DNA from: Octopus vulgaris
Lineage: Eukaryota
Length of the DNA stretch: 64,000 nt
NCBI GenBank assembly: GCA_951406725.2
Contig: OX597814.1
Span: forward strand, 113,460,001-113,524,000
Direction: 5' to 3'
The notes below the pieces were generated by a model. The model did not search any database. It worked only from the letters and a program-made list of their open reading frames with translations, and was not told where the DNA came from. This document shows, piece after piece, positions 26,410-41,148 of this stretch; the stretch's first letter is position 1; each line of letters opens with the position of its first letter. Position numbers and translations under genes: made by a program.

Positions 26410-26810
26410 ATCCTTTCTACTGTAGGCACAAGGCCTGGATTTTTTGGGAGAAGGGTTCAGTCGATCAGATTGACCCCTGTACACAACTAGTACTTAATTT
26501 ATCGACCCCGAAAGGAGGAAAGGTAAAGTCGACCTCGGCAGAATTTGAACTAAGAGCGTAGCGACGGGCGAAATACCTATTTCTTTACAACTCACAAGGG
26601 GTTAAAAACACAAGGGACAAACAAGGACAGACAAACGGATTAAGTCGATAATATCGACCCCAGTGCGTAACTGGTACTTATTTAATCGACCCCGAAAGGA
26701 TGAAAGGCAAAGTCGACCTTGGTGGAATTTGAACTCAGAACGTAGCGGCAGACGAAATACCGCTAAGCATTTCGCCCGACGTGCTAACGCTTCTGCCAGC
26801 TCGCCGCCTT
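26410..26810 (-). mobile_element. SINE family B dimer
   Basis: Two tandem cores, one complete head. Confidence 0.8.
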
Positions 26811-26837
26811 AGCACTCACTCGTATAATGTGCATAGC

Positions 26838-27246
26838 CAGGGCCGGATTAAGGCCTATGGAGACCCTAAGCACTTAAAAGATTTTGGCGCCCCTCTACAT
26901 TTGTGATTCAAAATATAAACCAATAAACCGTAAAATAAATGAATTTTTATTTTTCGAAATGAAACCAAACTAATATTAATATGGAAAATAATGTTTATTT
27001 TCGTATGCTTCCACTTTATTTGTATTTGAAAAGTTTTCTCTTACACATTTTAATTCCAAAGTCTTTAATCCCCATGAACACTACAAAATCATATTTCTGG
27101 TCATAAACCACTTCGAATATTATTTGAACTGGTTTAACGTCATTTTCTTTTGTGCCGTAAACCGTTTACCATTTCTGTGGTGCTCCTTTTCTGCCTTTGA
27201 TGCCCTAAGCACGTGCTTATTTTGTTTAATGGCTAATCCAGCGCTG
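26838..27246. mobile_element. hAT MITE
   Basis: TIRs CAGGGCCGGATTA / TAATCCAGCGCTG; 8-bp TSD TGCATAGC/TGCTTAGC. Confidence 0.8.
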
Positions 27247-27254
27247 TGCTTAGC

Positions 27255-27545
27255 ATATAAATCACATGATTAGCCAGACTCTCGGATGTTATACATCGCT
27301 GGTCATAATGCGCTTTCAATCGTATTAGCTTTCGAATGATGCCATCCCACTGGTTTAGGCGAAGCAGGCCAACTTCCACCCTGATCAGAAGACTGTTCTG
27401 TTGCAGAGTTACTCATTTACAGCTGAGTGGAGCAACGTGAAACGAAGTGTTTTGCCCCAAACCTCAACGCACCGCTCAGTCCGGGAATCGAACTTACGAC
27501 TTAATGATCGTGAATGCGTGACCCCAACCATTCGGTCACGTACCT
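27255..27545 (-). mobile_element. SINE family C-like (diverged)
   Basis: Minus-strand tRNA-like head (GTTCGATTCCCGG) with body similar to 29803-30030. Confidence 0.55.
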
Positions 27546-27769
27546 TCCTGTAATGTGCATATGTCAACAGAGTTAACTCCAGCAGCACAGCAAAGGACCT
27601 GCGATGAGGGGAAGAGGCGTATACATGACAAGTATTACTGCTAGAAATAGTAGCCGAATCTACGGCTGGTCATACTGCAAATGTGCTGCAAGGGAAGGAC
27701 TCACTTAAAAATGTCCTAAATTTTTACTACGTCTGTTTTATCTGTCTGTCTGTCTGTTCTTATGTATAT

Positions 27770-27890
27770 ATGTATATCATTATTCTGTTTATTTCAAGAT
27801 TTCTTGCCAATAGAGAGAAAGAATCGGTTTCTAACTGAGATCCAAAGCTCCTTCATTGGAATTTCAACATCAAGAACAGGGTATTTTTGT
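27770..27890 (-). repeat. ~120-bp dispersed repeat, second copy at 28980-29092, in (TATG)n context
   Basis: TCATTATTCTGTTTATTTCAAGATTTCTTGCCAATAGAGAGAAAGAA...CTCCTTCATTGGAATTTCAAC present twice. Confidence 0.8.
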
Positions 27891-28134
27891 TTGTATGTAA
27901 GCATGTACGTACGGTACGTATGTATGTATGTATGTATGTATGTATGTATGTATGTATGTATGTACGTATGTATGTATGTATGTATGGATGGATGGATGGA
28001 TGGATGGATGGATGGATGGATGTATGTATGTATGTATGTTATACGTACGTACGTATGTATGTATATGTGTAGATTTGTATGTTTTGCTTTATGTATGTAT
28101 TCTCATGCATATAGTTGCATATTTAGACATGCTC

Positions 28135-28183
<49 letters not shown>

Positions 28184-28728
28184 AATATATATATGTGTGT
28201 GTATGTGTATGTATGTAGCTATCCGAGTATGTATGCATGTATCTAGTTATCTATGTCTGTCTCTCTATCTATCTGTACACACACACACACACACACAAGA
28301 ACAGCACACAGTTGCAAGCATATCGTTAGCACTACACCACCACCACCACCATCACCACCACCATCACCACCACTACCACCACAAGAACAACAGCAACAGC
28401 AAGCGAGCCTGCGTTGAGGCCGCTTATACGTGACCAGTATAAAAATGCTAGAAATAGTAGCCAAATCTCATGCAGATCGTACAGCAAAAATAACAACAAC
28501 ATCGTCTTCATTATTATTACTGCAAATCCGCCAAAGTCGACATTGCTGCTTATCCTTTTTGAGATGGGGGTGGGGGTGGTCAATAAATTAAGTACCAGTG
28601 ATACACTGGGGTCGATGTTATCGACTAGTCCCCCCCACCATCCCCAATTTCAGGCCTTGTGCTTATATTAGAAAGTATTATTATGACCGCAACTATCTCT
28701 ACCGCTATCCGCTATCAGCAACACAAAC

Positions 28729-28739
28729 TGCTGCTGCTG

Positions 28740-28773
<34 letters not shown>

Positions 28774-28807
28774 CACTACTAATACCACTACTAATACCAC
28801 CACCACT

Positions 28808-28863
<56 letters not shown>

Positions 28864-28876
28864 CACCACCACCACC

Positions 28877-28911
<35 letters not shown>

Positions 28912-28912
28912 C
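28729..28912. repeat. Compound trinucleotide microsatellite (CTG/CTA/CCA)
   Basis: Direct inspection. Confidence 0.9.
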
Positions 28913-29286
28913 TCTAACCGTCATCGTCATTAATAAACTCAAGCAATTGTTGGTCCCTGTACGTAGGTAGATACCTGTGTATGTCATTATTCTGTTTATT
29001 TCAAGATTTCTTGCCAATAGAGAGAAAGAACCGGTTTCTAACCCTAGACCCAAGGCTCCTTCATTGGAATTTCAACAACATCAGGGTGTTTGTGTGTGTG
29101 TGTGTATGTATGCATGCATGTATGTACGTACGTAGGTATGTTTGTGTATATATGTATGTATGAAAATATGAAAGCTTATGTGTGTATGTATATGTATACG
29201 TTTATATGTATGTAAGTATATATGTATATATATTCTTTTATTCCATTACTTGTTTCATTCATTTGACAGCGGCCATGCTGGAGCAC

Positions 29287-29321
<35 letters not shown>

Positions 29322-29324
<3 letters not shown>

Positions 29325-29462
29325 TTACCAACTACATGGTTCCTGGTGCAGTCCTACTGCGTGGTACCTTAGGCAAGTGTCTTTCACTATAGCCTCGGGC
29401 CGACCAAAGCCTTGTGAGTGGATTTGGTAGATAGAAACTGAAAGAAGTTCGTCGTATATATG

Positions 29463-29504
<42 letters not shown>

Positions 29505-29706
29505 TGTGCGTGTGTGTGTTTGTCTCCCCCAACATCGCTTGACAACCGATGCTGGTGCGTTTCGTCCCTGTAACTTAGCGGTTCGGCAAAAGAGACCGAT
29601 AGAATAAGTACTAGGCTTACAAAGACTAAGTCCTGGGGTCGATTTGCTCGACTAAAGGCGGTGCTCCGGCATGGCCACAGTCAAATGACTGAAACAAGCA
29701 AAAGAG
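29322..29706 (+). mobile_element. SINE family A
   Basis: Near full-length match. Confidence 0.8.
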
Positions 29707-29802
29707 TATATATGCCTGAAAGTGTATGTACAGAGATAGCAATGCAGATAAACACAATTAAGTCTCACACAGACAAAAGCGCTACATACATATGCGTGTG
29801 TG

Positions 29803-30030
29803 TGGAGGTATGTGGCTTAATGGTTAGGGTAATCGGATCGCGATCATAAGGTTGTGAGTTCAATTCCTGGCGACGCGTCGTGTCCTTGAGCGGGACACTT
29901 TATTTCACGTTGCTCCGGTCAACTCAGCTGGCAAAAAGGAGTCGAGCCTGTAATTGAAAGGGCCAACCTTGTCATACTGATTCTCACTGATCATATCAAC
30001 TGGAATCTTCGTCGCAACCGACGGTATGCC
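29803..30030 (+). mobile_element. SINE family C, internally deleted
   Basis: A box TGGCTTAATGG, B box GAGTTCAATTCC, TGTCCTTGAGC..GACACTT; similar to 57593-57912. Confidence 0.7.
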
Positions 30031-31089
30031 AGTTATATACATATATATATATATATGCGTATATGTTTGTGTGTCTGTGTTTGTCCCCCTACCGTTGCTT
30101 GACAACCGATGTTGGTGTGTTTATGTCTCCGTCACTTAGCAGTTCAGCAAAAGAACCGATAGAATAAGTATAGGCTTACAGAGAATAAGTCCTGGGGTCG
30201 ATTTGTTCGACTAAAGGCGGTGCTCCAGCATGGCCACAGACAACTGACTGAAACAAATCGGAGAATGTATGTATACATGTTTGTATGGAGGGATGTATGC
30301 ATGTGTGTATGTATGCATGCACGTATACATGTGTGTGTATGTAGTAGGTATGTGTGTCTTTGTGTGCGTATGTGTTGGTATGTGTGTGTATGTTTCTGTA
30401 TGTATATGTATATATGTGTGTATGTGTATGTATGTATGCATTTGTGTAATATGTATGTGTGTGTATGCATGTGTGTCTATGTGTATCTATGTATGCACGT
30501 ATACATGTGTGTGTATGTAGTTGGTATGTGTGTAAGCATGTGTCTCTGTATGTGTGTATGTATGTGTCTCTGTATGTGTGAGTGTATGTATGCGCGTATG
30601 AATGTATGTGTGTGTGTATTTTTGTATGTATGCATGCATGTATGTATATATGTATGCATGTATGTATGTATGTATGTATGCATGTATTCATGTATGTATG
30701 TATGTATATATGTATGCATGTATGTGTATGTATGTATGTATGTATGTATGTATGTATGTATGTATGTATGTATGTGTGTGTCTATGTAGTAGGTATATGT
30801 GGCTGTATGTGTCTGTGTATGTGTTGGTATGTGTGTATATTTGTGTATGTATGTTTATGTATGTGTATGTATATATGTGTGTATGAGTATGTGTGTGTAT
30901 GTATGCGTGTATATATCTGTGTATGTGCGTATGTATTTATGCACGTATAGATATATATGTGTCTCTATGTGTCCGTATGTGTTGGTATGTGTATGTATGT
31001 ATGTATGTATGTATGTATGTATGTATGTATGTGTGTATGTATGTATGCATGCATGCATGCATGTATGTATATGTATGCATGTATGTATG

Positions 31090-31415
31090 TCTGTAACGAG
31101 TCTGTCCCTCTGCCTGCCTGTCTGCCTTTCGGTACCGTTCGTCTTGTTCTTCTACTTCTTCCTCCACTCCTACCTCTACCGATCCTAATTGTAAATATAG
31201 TTTATGGCGTTAACCATCGCCTGGCTTTCGGCGGAGGCGGCGTCTCTGCTGCTTGCTTAGTAGCGGACTACCACAGCCGATTCAGATATTTTCTGGCTCC
31301 ACCGATGTGTTGGGGGTGACTGGCTGGAATAAATTAACAAAAAAACAACCCCAGCTGATCTGAAACTGGCTGCCGTGCCTACATTTAGTACCGTGTGTCG
31401 TTTTGTAGGAGGTAC
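31090..31415 (+). promoter_or_regulatory. Non-repetitive 5' region of the Tbx1-like exon (candidate promoter/5' UTR, or intron end with acceptor TTTTGTAG at 31401-31408)
   Basis: Unique sequence with clustered TAATTG, TGTAAATA (Fox-like) and TTTATGG (Hox/Cdx-like) motifs at 31186-31207. Confidence 0.35.
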
Positions 31416-32385
31416 ATGGATGTCCACAGTCCACTGTCTGCAAAGGCCAATGCTTTCAGTATCGCTGCCCTGATGTCCGCTCCCGGCGTGGTCGAAAACG
31501 GATTAGGCCTGGGTCTGTTGGCCGCTTCCGGTGGGCTCCTCTACCCGACTGTACCCGCTCAGTGTAGTACGGATTGCTATTTTGATTGGGGCCAGCATCA
31601 GTATCAGTATCATCAGCATCAACATTATCAGCCCCAGCAGCAACAAGACTATCATGAGCAGCAGCAGCAGTTACAGCAGCAACAACAACAGCAACAAGTA
31701 CATTTACAAGAATTACAACTTCATCATCATCAGCAGCAGCACCATCAGCATCATCATTATCATCAAGGCGCTTCACCACCAACACCTCCACCACACCTGC
31801 CGCCACTATCCCCGCCCTTACAACCACTGCCTACCGTAGTAGTAGCAGCAGCAGCTGATACAATAACATCAACAACAACAACAACAACAGCAGAAGCAGA
31901 GGAAGCATCTGAAGTCATATCAGAAAACGGTAATAGTATTAATCCTCGCCACCACCACCACCACCACCTCCACCACATTAACAATAACAACAGCAATAAC
32001 AACAATCTAGACAGTACTATTAAAATTTCACCAGATACTACTTCCACAACTGCTACTACTACTACAACTGTTGCTACTTCCACTTCCACCCCCTCCAGCA
32101 ACACCATCAACATAACCCCTACCACTAACACGACAGACAATAAAACTTCCACCACCGCCACCACCACTACCGACATTATCACAGCCGCTGCCACCACTAT
32201 TGATAGTACTACTGCTACTATTGCAGCGGTGTTTACCCCCCTCACTGATAGCACCAACACCACCCTCTCTACAACCTTCACTACAACTACTTCTACTGCT
32301 GCTACTACTGCTACTACTATTATCTGCAACAGCCCTGGGGCCACAGAAGTTCCCTATACGGGAGCTGCCATGAAGAATATGGAAG
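31416..32385 (+). CDS. Tbx1: First coding exon of a T-box transcription factor, Tbx1/10 (org-1)-like; T-box domain exons not seen in the window
   Basis: Begins MDVHSPLSAKANAFSIAALMS (Tbx1-subfamily eh1 motif) and ends PYTGAAMKNME-G|GTTAGT, a phase-1 donor, resembling the chordate Tbx1 first-exon end (HYSTVTREME-A); open for 323 codons; Tbx20/15 has a similar eh1 so orthology is not certain. Confidence 0.8.
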
Positions 32386-32549
32386 GTTAGTGTCCTTTCT
32401 CTGTATGTGTGTGTGTGTGTGTTGATATTCACCATTCCACCTCGCAAGACGTCACCCACTACCACTTTTTTCATACATCACCCATCGCCAATGTTTTCGT
32501 TTCTTCACCACCACCGCCACCACTACCATCACCAGTGTGTGTGAGAGAA

Positions 32550-32597
<48 letters not shown>

Positions 32598-32902
32598 CAC
32601 TTGTCTGTTGTTGTTGTTGTTATTATTAGGTTTAGTTCACTGTGCTTAATGCTCAGTCAGTTATGGCTTACCTCTCCGTCAGTCCTCACGGATCTTCATG
32701 GGATGTTGGTAGGTTTACACTTTTAACTTTCTTTCTATTTCGCGCGCACACACACATACACGCACGCACACGCGAGGACATACTCTCGGACGTACCACAC
32801 ATATACACACACACATTACATTTGCGTTACGTTTTTCAGAATATCAGACACCATTTCTTTCAACAATTAGAAAATACTCGAAACATTATTATTCTTATCA
32901 GA

Positions 32903-33080
32903 ATGCTTAGCGGCGTTTCTTCTGGTTTTACGTTCTGAGATCAAATTCCGCCGAGATCGACTTTGCCTTTCATACTACCGGTTGGCGATGAAATAAGTAC
33001 CAGTTGAAAACTGGGGTCTTTGTCATCGACTAGTCCCCTCCCACAAATTTCAGGCCCCTTGTGCCTTAAAAGTAGAAAGA

Positions 33081-33133
<53 letters not shown>

Positions 33134-33990
33134 GGCGGCGAGCTGGCAGAATCGTTACCACACCGGTCGAAATGCCTTGCGGTTTTTCGTCCGGCTTCTT
33201 CATCCTTTCGTGGTCGATCAAATAAGTACCAGTTACGCACTGGGGTCGATGTAATCGACTTAAATACCTTCCTCCAAATTTCAGGCCTTGTGCCTTACAG
33301 TAGAAAGGATTATTATTATCATTATTATTATTATTATCATTATTATTATTATTATTATTATTATTAGTAATAATAAGGCAGTGAACTGGAAGAGCCGTTA
33401 GGGTGTCGGGCAAAATGCCAATTACGTTCTGAGTTCAAATTTCGCCGAGGTCGACTTCGCCTTTTATCCTTTCGGGGTGGATAAATTACAGTACCAGGGA
33501 AACACTGGAGTCAATGTAATCGACTAGTACTCCCACCGCACCTAAAAGAAATTTCAGACCTTGTGCCTACAAAAGAAAGGCTTATTGTTGTTATTATTAT
33601 TAAAATGATAAGTAGCAATTCTTTCGGCTTTATTAGGACTCGAGTTCAAATTCTGCTGAGGTCGACTTTGCTTCCATGCTTTCAGGGTCGATAAATTAAG
33701 TACCAGTTGCGTACTGGCGTCGGTGTAATCGGCTTAACTCATCCCCGCAAATTTCAGGCATTGTGCTTATAGTTGGAAGGACTTTCATCATTATTGAAGT
33801 GGCAGGTCTGTTATCACACCGGACCAAATGCGCATCGGCATTTCGTCGGTCTTTACGTTATGAGTTCAAATTCCGTCGAAGTTGACTTGGCCTTTCACCC
33901 TTTCGGGGTCAGTGAAATAAGTACTAGTTGAGTACTGGGGTCGATGTAATCGGCTATACTTTTCCACCAGATTTCAGGCCACGTGCCTAT
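32903..33990 (+). mobile_element. Cluster of five same-orientation SINE family B copies separated by (TTA)n or ATT-rich tails
   Basis: Repeated GTCGAC..TTTCATCC..AAGTACCAG cores at ~32955, 33200, 33450, 33660, 33880. Confidence 0.8.
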
Positions 33991-33991
33991 A

Positions 33992-34168
33992 CTCTTTTAC
34001 TTGTTTCAGTCATTTTGACTGCGGCTATGCTGGAGCACCGCCTTTAGCCGAACGAATAGACGACCCCAGGACATATTCTTTATAAGCCTACTACTTCTTC
34101 TATCGGTCTCTTTTGCCCAACAGCGAAGTTATGGGGACGTAAACACACCAAAATCGGTTGTCAACCCG
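33992..34168 (-). mobile_element. SINE family A, 3' half
   Basis: Reverse complement of the tail region. Confidence 0.75.
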
Positions 34169-34364
34169 GACCTATGTGGTTCGATTGCAGACGCCTGCGC
34201 CTTCATATTTATATCAAATATGTATATCTCCATCATGCTCACACATGCGTTACCTACACACACACACACATACACGCACCGCAAGTATATATGCAAATAC
34301 AAATACATGCATATGCCTGTGTACATATATATTTATATGGGTATATATCAATGCATATACATAT

Positions 34365-34494
<130 letters not shown>

Positions 34495-35224
34495 CAATAA
34501 GAAAACGGAGGGGATCAATAGGTGGTTCATCAACTTTTAGACATTATATTATATTAACTTATTTATTTAATTACTAAATTGATAATTACAATAATATACA
34601 TACATATAACATATTATGCTTTATATATAATATATAAAATATAGTAATATATAAGGATACCAGTAATTATTATAAAATAACAAAATGAATATAAATTGGG
34701 AATATATATATATATATATATATATAAGCATGTATGTGTATAAATTATATATATATATATATATACTTAAGCATGTATGTGTATAAATTATATATATATA
34801 TATATATATGCACACACACGAACATAGATATATAGGCTTAACTACAGATGTATACCCCACCGATTTTGTTGCCTCATAACTTCACACATCTGTAGTTATA
34901 CCTACATAGGACACATACACGCACACACTATATTAATTGTTTGTAGGCTTCATTTGGTCCAAGGTTCAAGGTATTTTAAAAACAATGGACAGCTGGTTAG
35001 GGTCGTGATTAGCCCAGACGTGTACACACCGCATACGAACACGCATATACGAATGCATAAGCTGGCATGTCCCAAAACTTAAATATATACATGCACTTGA
35101 ACAAATCAATATATATATATAGATATAAATATACATGTATATGAAATTATATACACTCATGATCCACCGTGAGTTCCAGATCCAACGTAGAGAATGTTCC
35201 AGGTGTGGCGTTCGCATAGAGAAC

Positions 35225-35587
35225 ACAAATGGTTAATGTTGCACTACAGCTGTTTCAACCACCTTTTTTTTTATTGATGGATACACTGGTCACATCATGA
35301 ATAAAATGTTTTCTCTAGGTGAACTGAAAATTTAAAATTTAAAATTTAGTTCGGAAAACATCAACATGTGGAATGTGTGTTAAATTTCACATTTTGGCAG
35401 AAAGTGAGAGTCACTCTTACTTGTTGCGAAAAAGAGAAAAATCAACGTACATTCCACATCTTCATGATTTTCGAAGCAAATTTGTAATTTTGAATTTTAA
35501 ATTCACGTAAAGAAAACCTTGTTTTTTTTTCATAATATAATCAGTTTAATCATTAGAACAGCTGTAGTGAACCTTACGCCATTTGTG
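35225..35587. repeat. Old diverged fold-back element with hammerhead-like relic (GAAACAGCTGTA)
   Basis: CACAAATGG..CACTACAGCTGTTTC at left mirrors GAACAGCTGTAGTG..CCATTTGTG at right; inner blocks also mirror. Confidence 0.55.
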
Positions 35588-35654
35588 GTCTTCCCGTATA
35601 CACACACGAGCGCACACTCACAAATACACACACACAAATTCACACACGTATCGT

Positions 35655-36022
35655 GGGACTCCGTCGGTTACGACGACGAGGGATCCAGTTGATCCGATCT
35701 ATGAAACAGCTTGCTCGTGAAATTAACGTGCAAGTGGCTGAGCACTCCACAGACACGTGCATCCTTAACTTAGTTCTTGGGAAGATTCAGTGTCAACACA
35801 GTGTGACAAGGCTGGCCCCTTTGAAATACAGTTACAACAGAAACAGGAAGAGAAAGTTGTGGTGAAAGATTACAGCAGGGTTCGCCACCACTTCCTGCCA
35901 GAGCCTAGTGGAGCTTTAGGTGTTTTCGCTCAATAAACATTCACAACGCCCGATCTGGGGGTCGAAACCACGATCCTACAACCACGAGTCCGCTGCCCGA
36001 ACACTGGAACATTGAGCCTCCA
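35655..36022 (-). mobile_element. SINE family C
   Basis: Head like 20712-20994; tail like 57593-57912. Confidence 0.75.
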
Positions 36023-36186
36023 CACACATACATATACAAATATATACACATATAAATTCATATATTGTATATATGTATACAATACATCTTTAAGTATCAG
36101 TAAATATACATAACTGCATGTACTTACATAAGTCTGTCTGTCTGTCTGTCTGTCTTTCTGTCTGTCTGGTTGTCTGTACACACACT

Positions 36187-36255
<69 letters not shown>

Positions 36256-36330
36256 CATATATATATACATATACATATATATACATATACATATATATAC
36301 ATATACATATATATACATATACATATATAT

Positions 36331-36401
<71 letters not shown>

Positions 36402-36562
36402 CATACACATACATGTATATATAATATATATACACACGTACACATACACATACATGTATATATAATATATATACACACGCACACATACACATACATGTAT
36501 ATATAATATATATACACACGTACACATACACATACATGTATATATAATATATATACACACGT

Positions 36563-36613
<51 letters not shown>

Positions 36614-36739
36614 CATACATTTATGTCTATGTATTTATAATTATATATTCATATACATAGGTATAATAATCTACCTATCTTTCTGTTTTTCTGTCAGCAT
36701 GTCTGTCTGTTCATCCGTTCGTCTGTCTGTCTCTCTCTC

Positions 36740-36867
<128 letters not shown>

Positions 36868-36939
36868 GAAGGTTTGAAAATGCAATAACCTCCTTTCATA
36901 TATATTTCCACTCGTGCGGTATCTTACAACTTCACTTTG

Positions 36940-37000
<61 letters not shown>

Positions 37001-37319
37001 CATGTATATATACATACACACACACACACATGTACACCCACACATACACACACATACGTTATATACAAATACATATATACGCATATATGAGCATCCTGTT
37101 GCTTCCTGTACATCGGCGTTCTAAAACCTTCTGTAAAATACATCTTTCCTTAAATTTTATAAAGGAAATTTTGCAGTTTTTTCTCTCCAGATTCTCGATC
37201 ATATTGATAACATACAACGCACAGACACACTAAGTCTGAAGGAATTTCCTCTCGTTTTTCCTGCTGTTGTTTTCTAACACTCCCACTTTTTGTTCTCTCA
37301 CAACTGTCATTCAAATGGG

Positions 37320-37357
<38 letters not shown>

Positions 37358-37727
37358 TGTGTGTATGTGTATATACATGTGTATATGTGTATATATATGT
37401 ATATATATATATATACGTGTGTGTATATATATATGTGTATATATATATGTATATGTATATATATATGTGTGTGTGTATATATATATATATGTATGAGTAT
37501 ATATGTATATATATATACGTATATGTATATATATATACGTATATGTATACATGTGTATATGTGTATGTATATGTATATATATATACGTATATGTATACAT
37601 GTGTATATGTGTATGTATATATATATATGTATAAGTATATATATATGTATAAGTATATAAGTATATACATATATATATGTATAAGTATATAAGTATGTAT
37701 ATATATATGTATAAGTATTTATGTATA

Positions 37728-37765
<38 letters not shown>

Positions 37766-37825
37766 AGTATTTATGTATATGTGTATATATATATGTAGTA
37801 TGTATATATACAATATATACATAAG

Positions 37826-37859
<34 letters not shown>

Positions 37860-38009
37860 GTATGTATATATACAATATATACATAAGTATATATATATAT
37901 ATATATACATATGTATATCTATGTATTTATACATAAGTATATATATATATATATATGCATATACATATGTGTATATATATATATATATATATTTGTATAT
38001 ATAGGCGCA

Positions 38010-38173
38010 GACGGGCTGTGTGGTAAGAAGCTTGCTTTCCAACCACAAGGTTCCAGGTTCAGTCCCACTGTGCTGCAGTTTCGTTTGCGCAAGTTTCTTC
38101 TACTACATACTCGGGCAACCAAAGCTTTCGGAAGGGATTTGGTAGGTGGAAAATGAAGGAAGCCCATCGTGCA

Positions 38174-38205
<32 letters not shown>

Positions 38206-38207
38206 CG

Positions 38208-38245
<38 letters not shown>

Positions 38246-38400
38246 TTTGTGTCTGTGTTTGTACCCTAAGGTGAATTTGCGATTCGGCCGAAGATACCGA
38301 TAGCATAAATGAATACATAGACTAACAACGGATAAGTCCTGGGGTCGATTTCTTCGACCAAAACCCTTTAATGCGGTGCTCCAGCACGGGCTCACTCAGA
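38010..38400 (+). mobile_element. SINE family A (diverged)
   Basis: Similarity to the family pattern. Confidence 0.7.
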
Positions 38401-38469
38401 ATATGTCCCTGTTTATACATGTTTGTATGTTGAATAAATATATATATATTATGTATGTATGTATGTATG

Positions 38470-38556
<87 letters not shown>

Positions 38557-38656
38557 AAATATTGTTGAGTATATATGTATATATATATTGTTCAGTATAT
38601 ATGTATATATATATTGTTGGGTATGTATGTGTATATATATTGAAAAAAGTCAAGAT

Positions 38657-38701
<45 letters not shown>

Positions 38702-38948
38702 GTGTATGTATGTATATATGAATGTATGTATGTATATATGAATGTATGTATGTATATATGAATGTATGTATGTATATATGAATGTAAGTATGTATATATG
38801 AATGCATGTATGTATATATATGAATGCATGTATGTATATATAAATGTGTCTATATATATATATATATATATACGTATGTATATGTATATATATATGTATA
38901 TATGTATGTATAAATATGTAGGCTTATATTTATATATATATATGTATG

Positions 38949-38984
<36 letters not shown>

Positions 38985-39074
38985 TGTAAGCATATATATA
39001 TATATGTACATATATACGAATGTATGTGTATATATATATATATGAATGTATATATATATATATATGAATGTATG

Positions 39075-39105
<31 letters not shown>

Positions 39106-39379
39106 ATGTATGTATGTATATATAAATGTATACATGTATAATATATATAAATGCATGCATATATATATATAAATGTATGTATATATATGTATGAATGTAT
39201 GTATATTTATAAATGTACACATGTATTTATATATAACTGTATGTGTGTATATATATAAATGTATACATGCATATATATGTATGTATATAAAGGTATCAAT
39301 ATATGTATATATATATATATATATATATAATTATATGAAAATGTATATATATGTAAATGTTTATATACAAATATAAACG

Positions 39380-39410
<31 letters not shown>

Positions 39411-39672
39411 GTATCTATTTATATAATTTGTTTATATATATGTAAATGTTTATATATATGTGTGTATCTTTATATGTGTATAAGTATATTAATCTGTGTG
39501 TATATTCATATATGTATATATATTTACATGTATTTGTATGTATTTTAAATATATATGCGTGTATTTATATATACGTATTTATATATATATGTATTTGTAT
39601 ATGTATAATATATACATGTGTATATATATATGTGTGTGAGTACATATCTATGTACATGTAAGTATATCTATA

Positions 39673-39760
<88 letters not shown>

Positions 39761-39903
39761 CATTTTTGGAATGACGGCCTTCCCAAAATGCTAGAATATT
39801 TATTTAAGAATTCAGGAATTGTTATGAATCTTGTAAACCAAATATAAATGCGAAATATTTAAATCTTATTGTTGTAGAAATACATTTCAGGTATTAAACG
39901 TGC

Positions 39904-40076
<173 letters not shown>

Positions 40077-40077
40077 T

Positions 40078-40129
<52 letters not shown>

Positions 40130-40158
40130 GTATATATATATATATAATATGTATATAT

Positions 40159-40190
<32 letters not shown>

Positions 40191-40195
40191 ATATG

Positions 40196-40226
<31 letters not shown>

Positions 40227-40300
40227 TATATATATAATATGTATATATATATGTATATAATATGTATATATATGTATATAATATGTAATATATATATATA

Positions 40301-40356
<56 letters not shown>

Positions 40357-40361
40357 CTCTC

Positions 40362-40569
40362 TTTTAATCTTTTACTTGTTTCAGTCATCTGACTGCGGCT
40401 ATGCTGGAGCACCACCTTTAGTCGAGTAAATCGACCCCGGGCCTTATTCTTTGTAAGCCCAGTACTTATTCTATCGGTCTCTTTTTGCCGAACCGCTAAG
40501 TGACAGGGACGTAAACACACCAGCATAGGTTGTCAAGTAATACTAGGGGGACAAACACACATACACAAA

Positions 40570-40615
<46 letters not shown>

Positions 40616-40750
40616 GACAGGCTTCTTTCAATTTCCGAATCTACATAATCCACTCACAAGGCATTGGTCGGCCTGGGGCTATAGCAGAAGACACTTGCCC
40701 AAGATGCCACGCAGTGGATGAACCCGGAACCATGTGGTTGGTTAGCAAGC

Positions 40751-40752
<2 letters not shown>
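40362..40752 (-). mobile_element. SINE family A
   Basis: Reverse complement of the family pattern. Confidence 0.8.
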
Positions 40753-40836
<84 letters not shown>

Positions 40837-40862
40837 GAATATATATATATATATATATAATA

Positions 40863-41029
<167 letters not shown>

Positions 41030-41107
41030 ATATAATATATATATATATATATATATAATATGATATATATATATATATATATATATATGAATATATATAT
41101 ATATATA

Positions 41108-41148
<41 letters not shown>

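Noticed and set aside
28243-29053. PolyH/T/L/S ORFs as another exon
   Set aside because: Pure trinucleotide tracts interleaved with SINE fragments; no conserved anchors or clear splice sites
31456-32474. Antisense and alternate-frame ORFs over the Tbx1-like exon
   Set aside because: By-products of trinucleotide repeats
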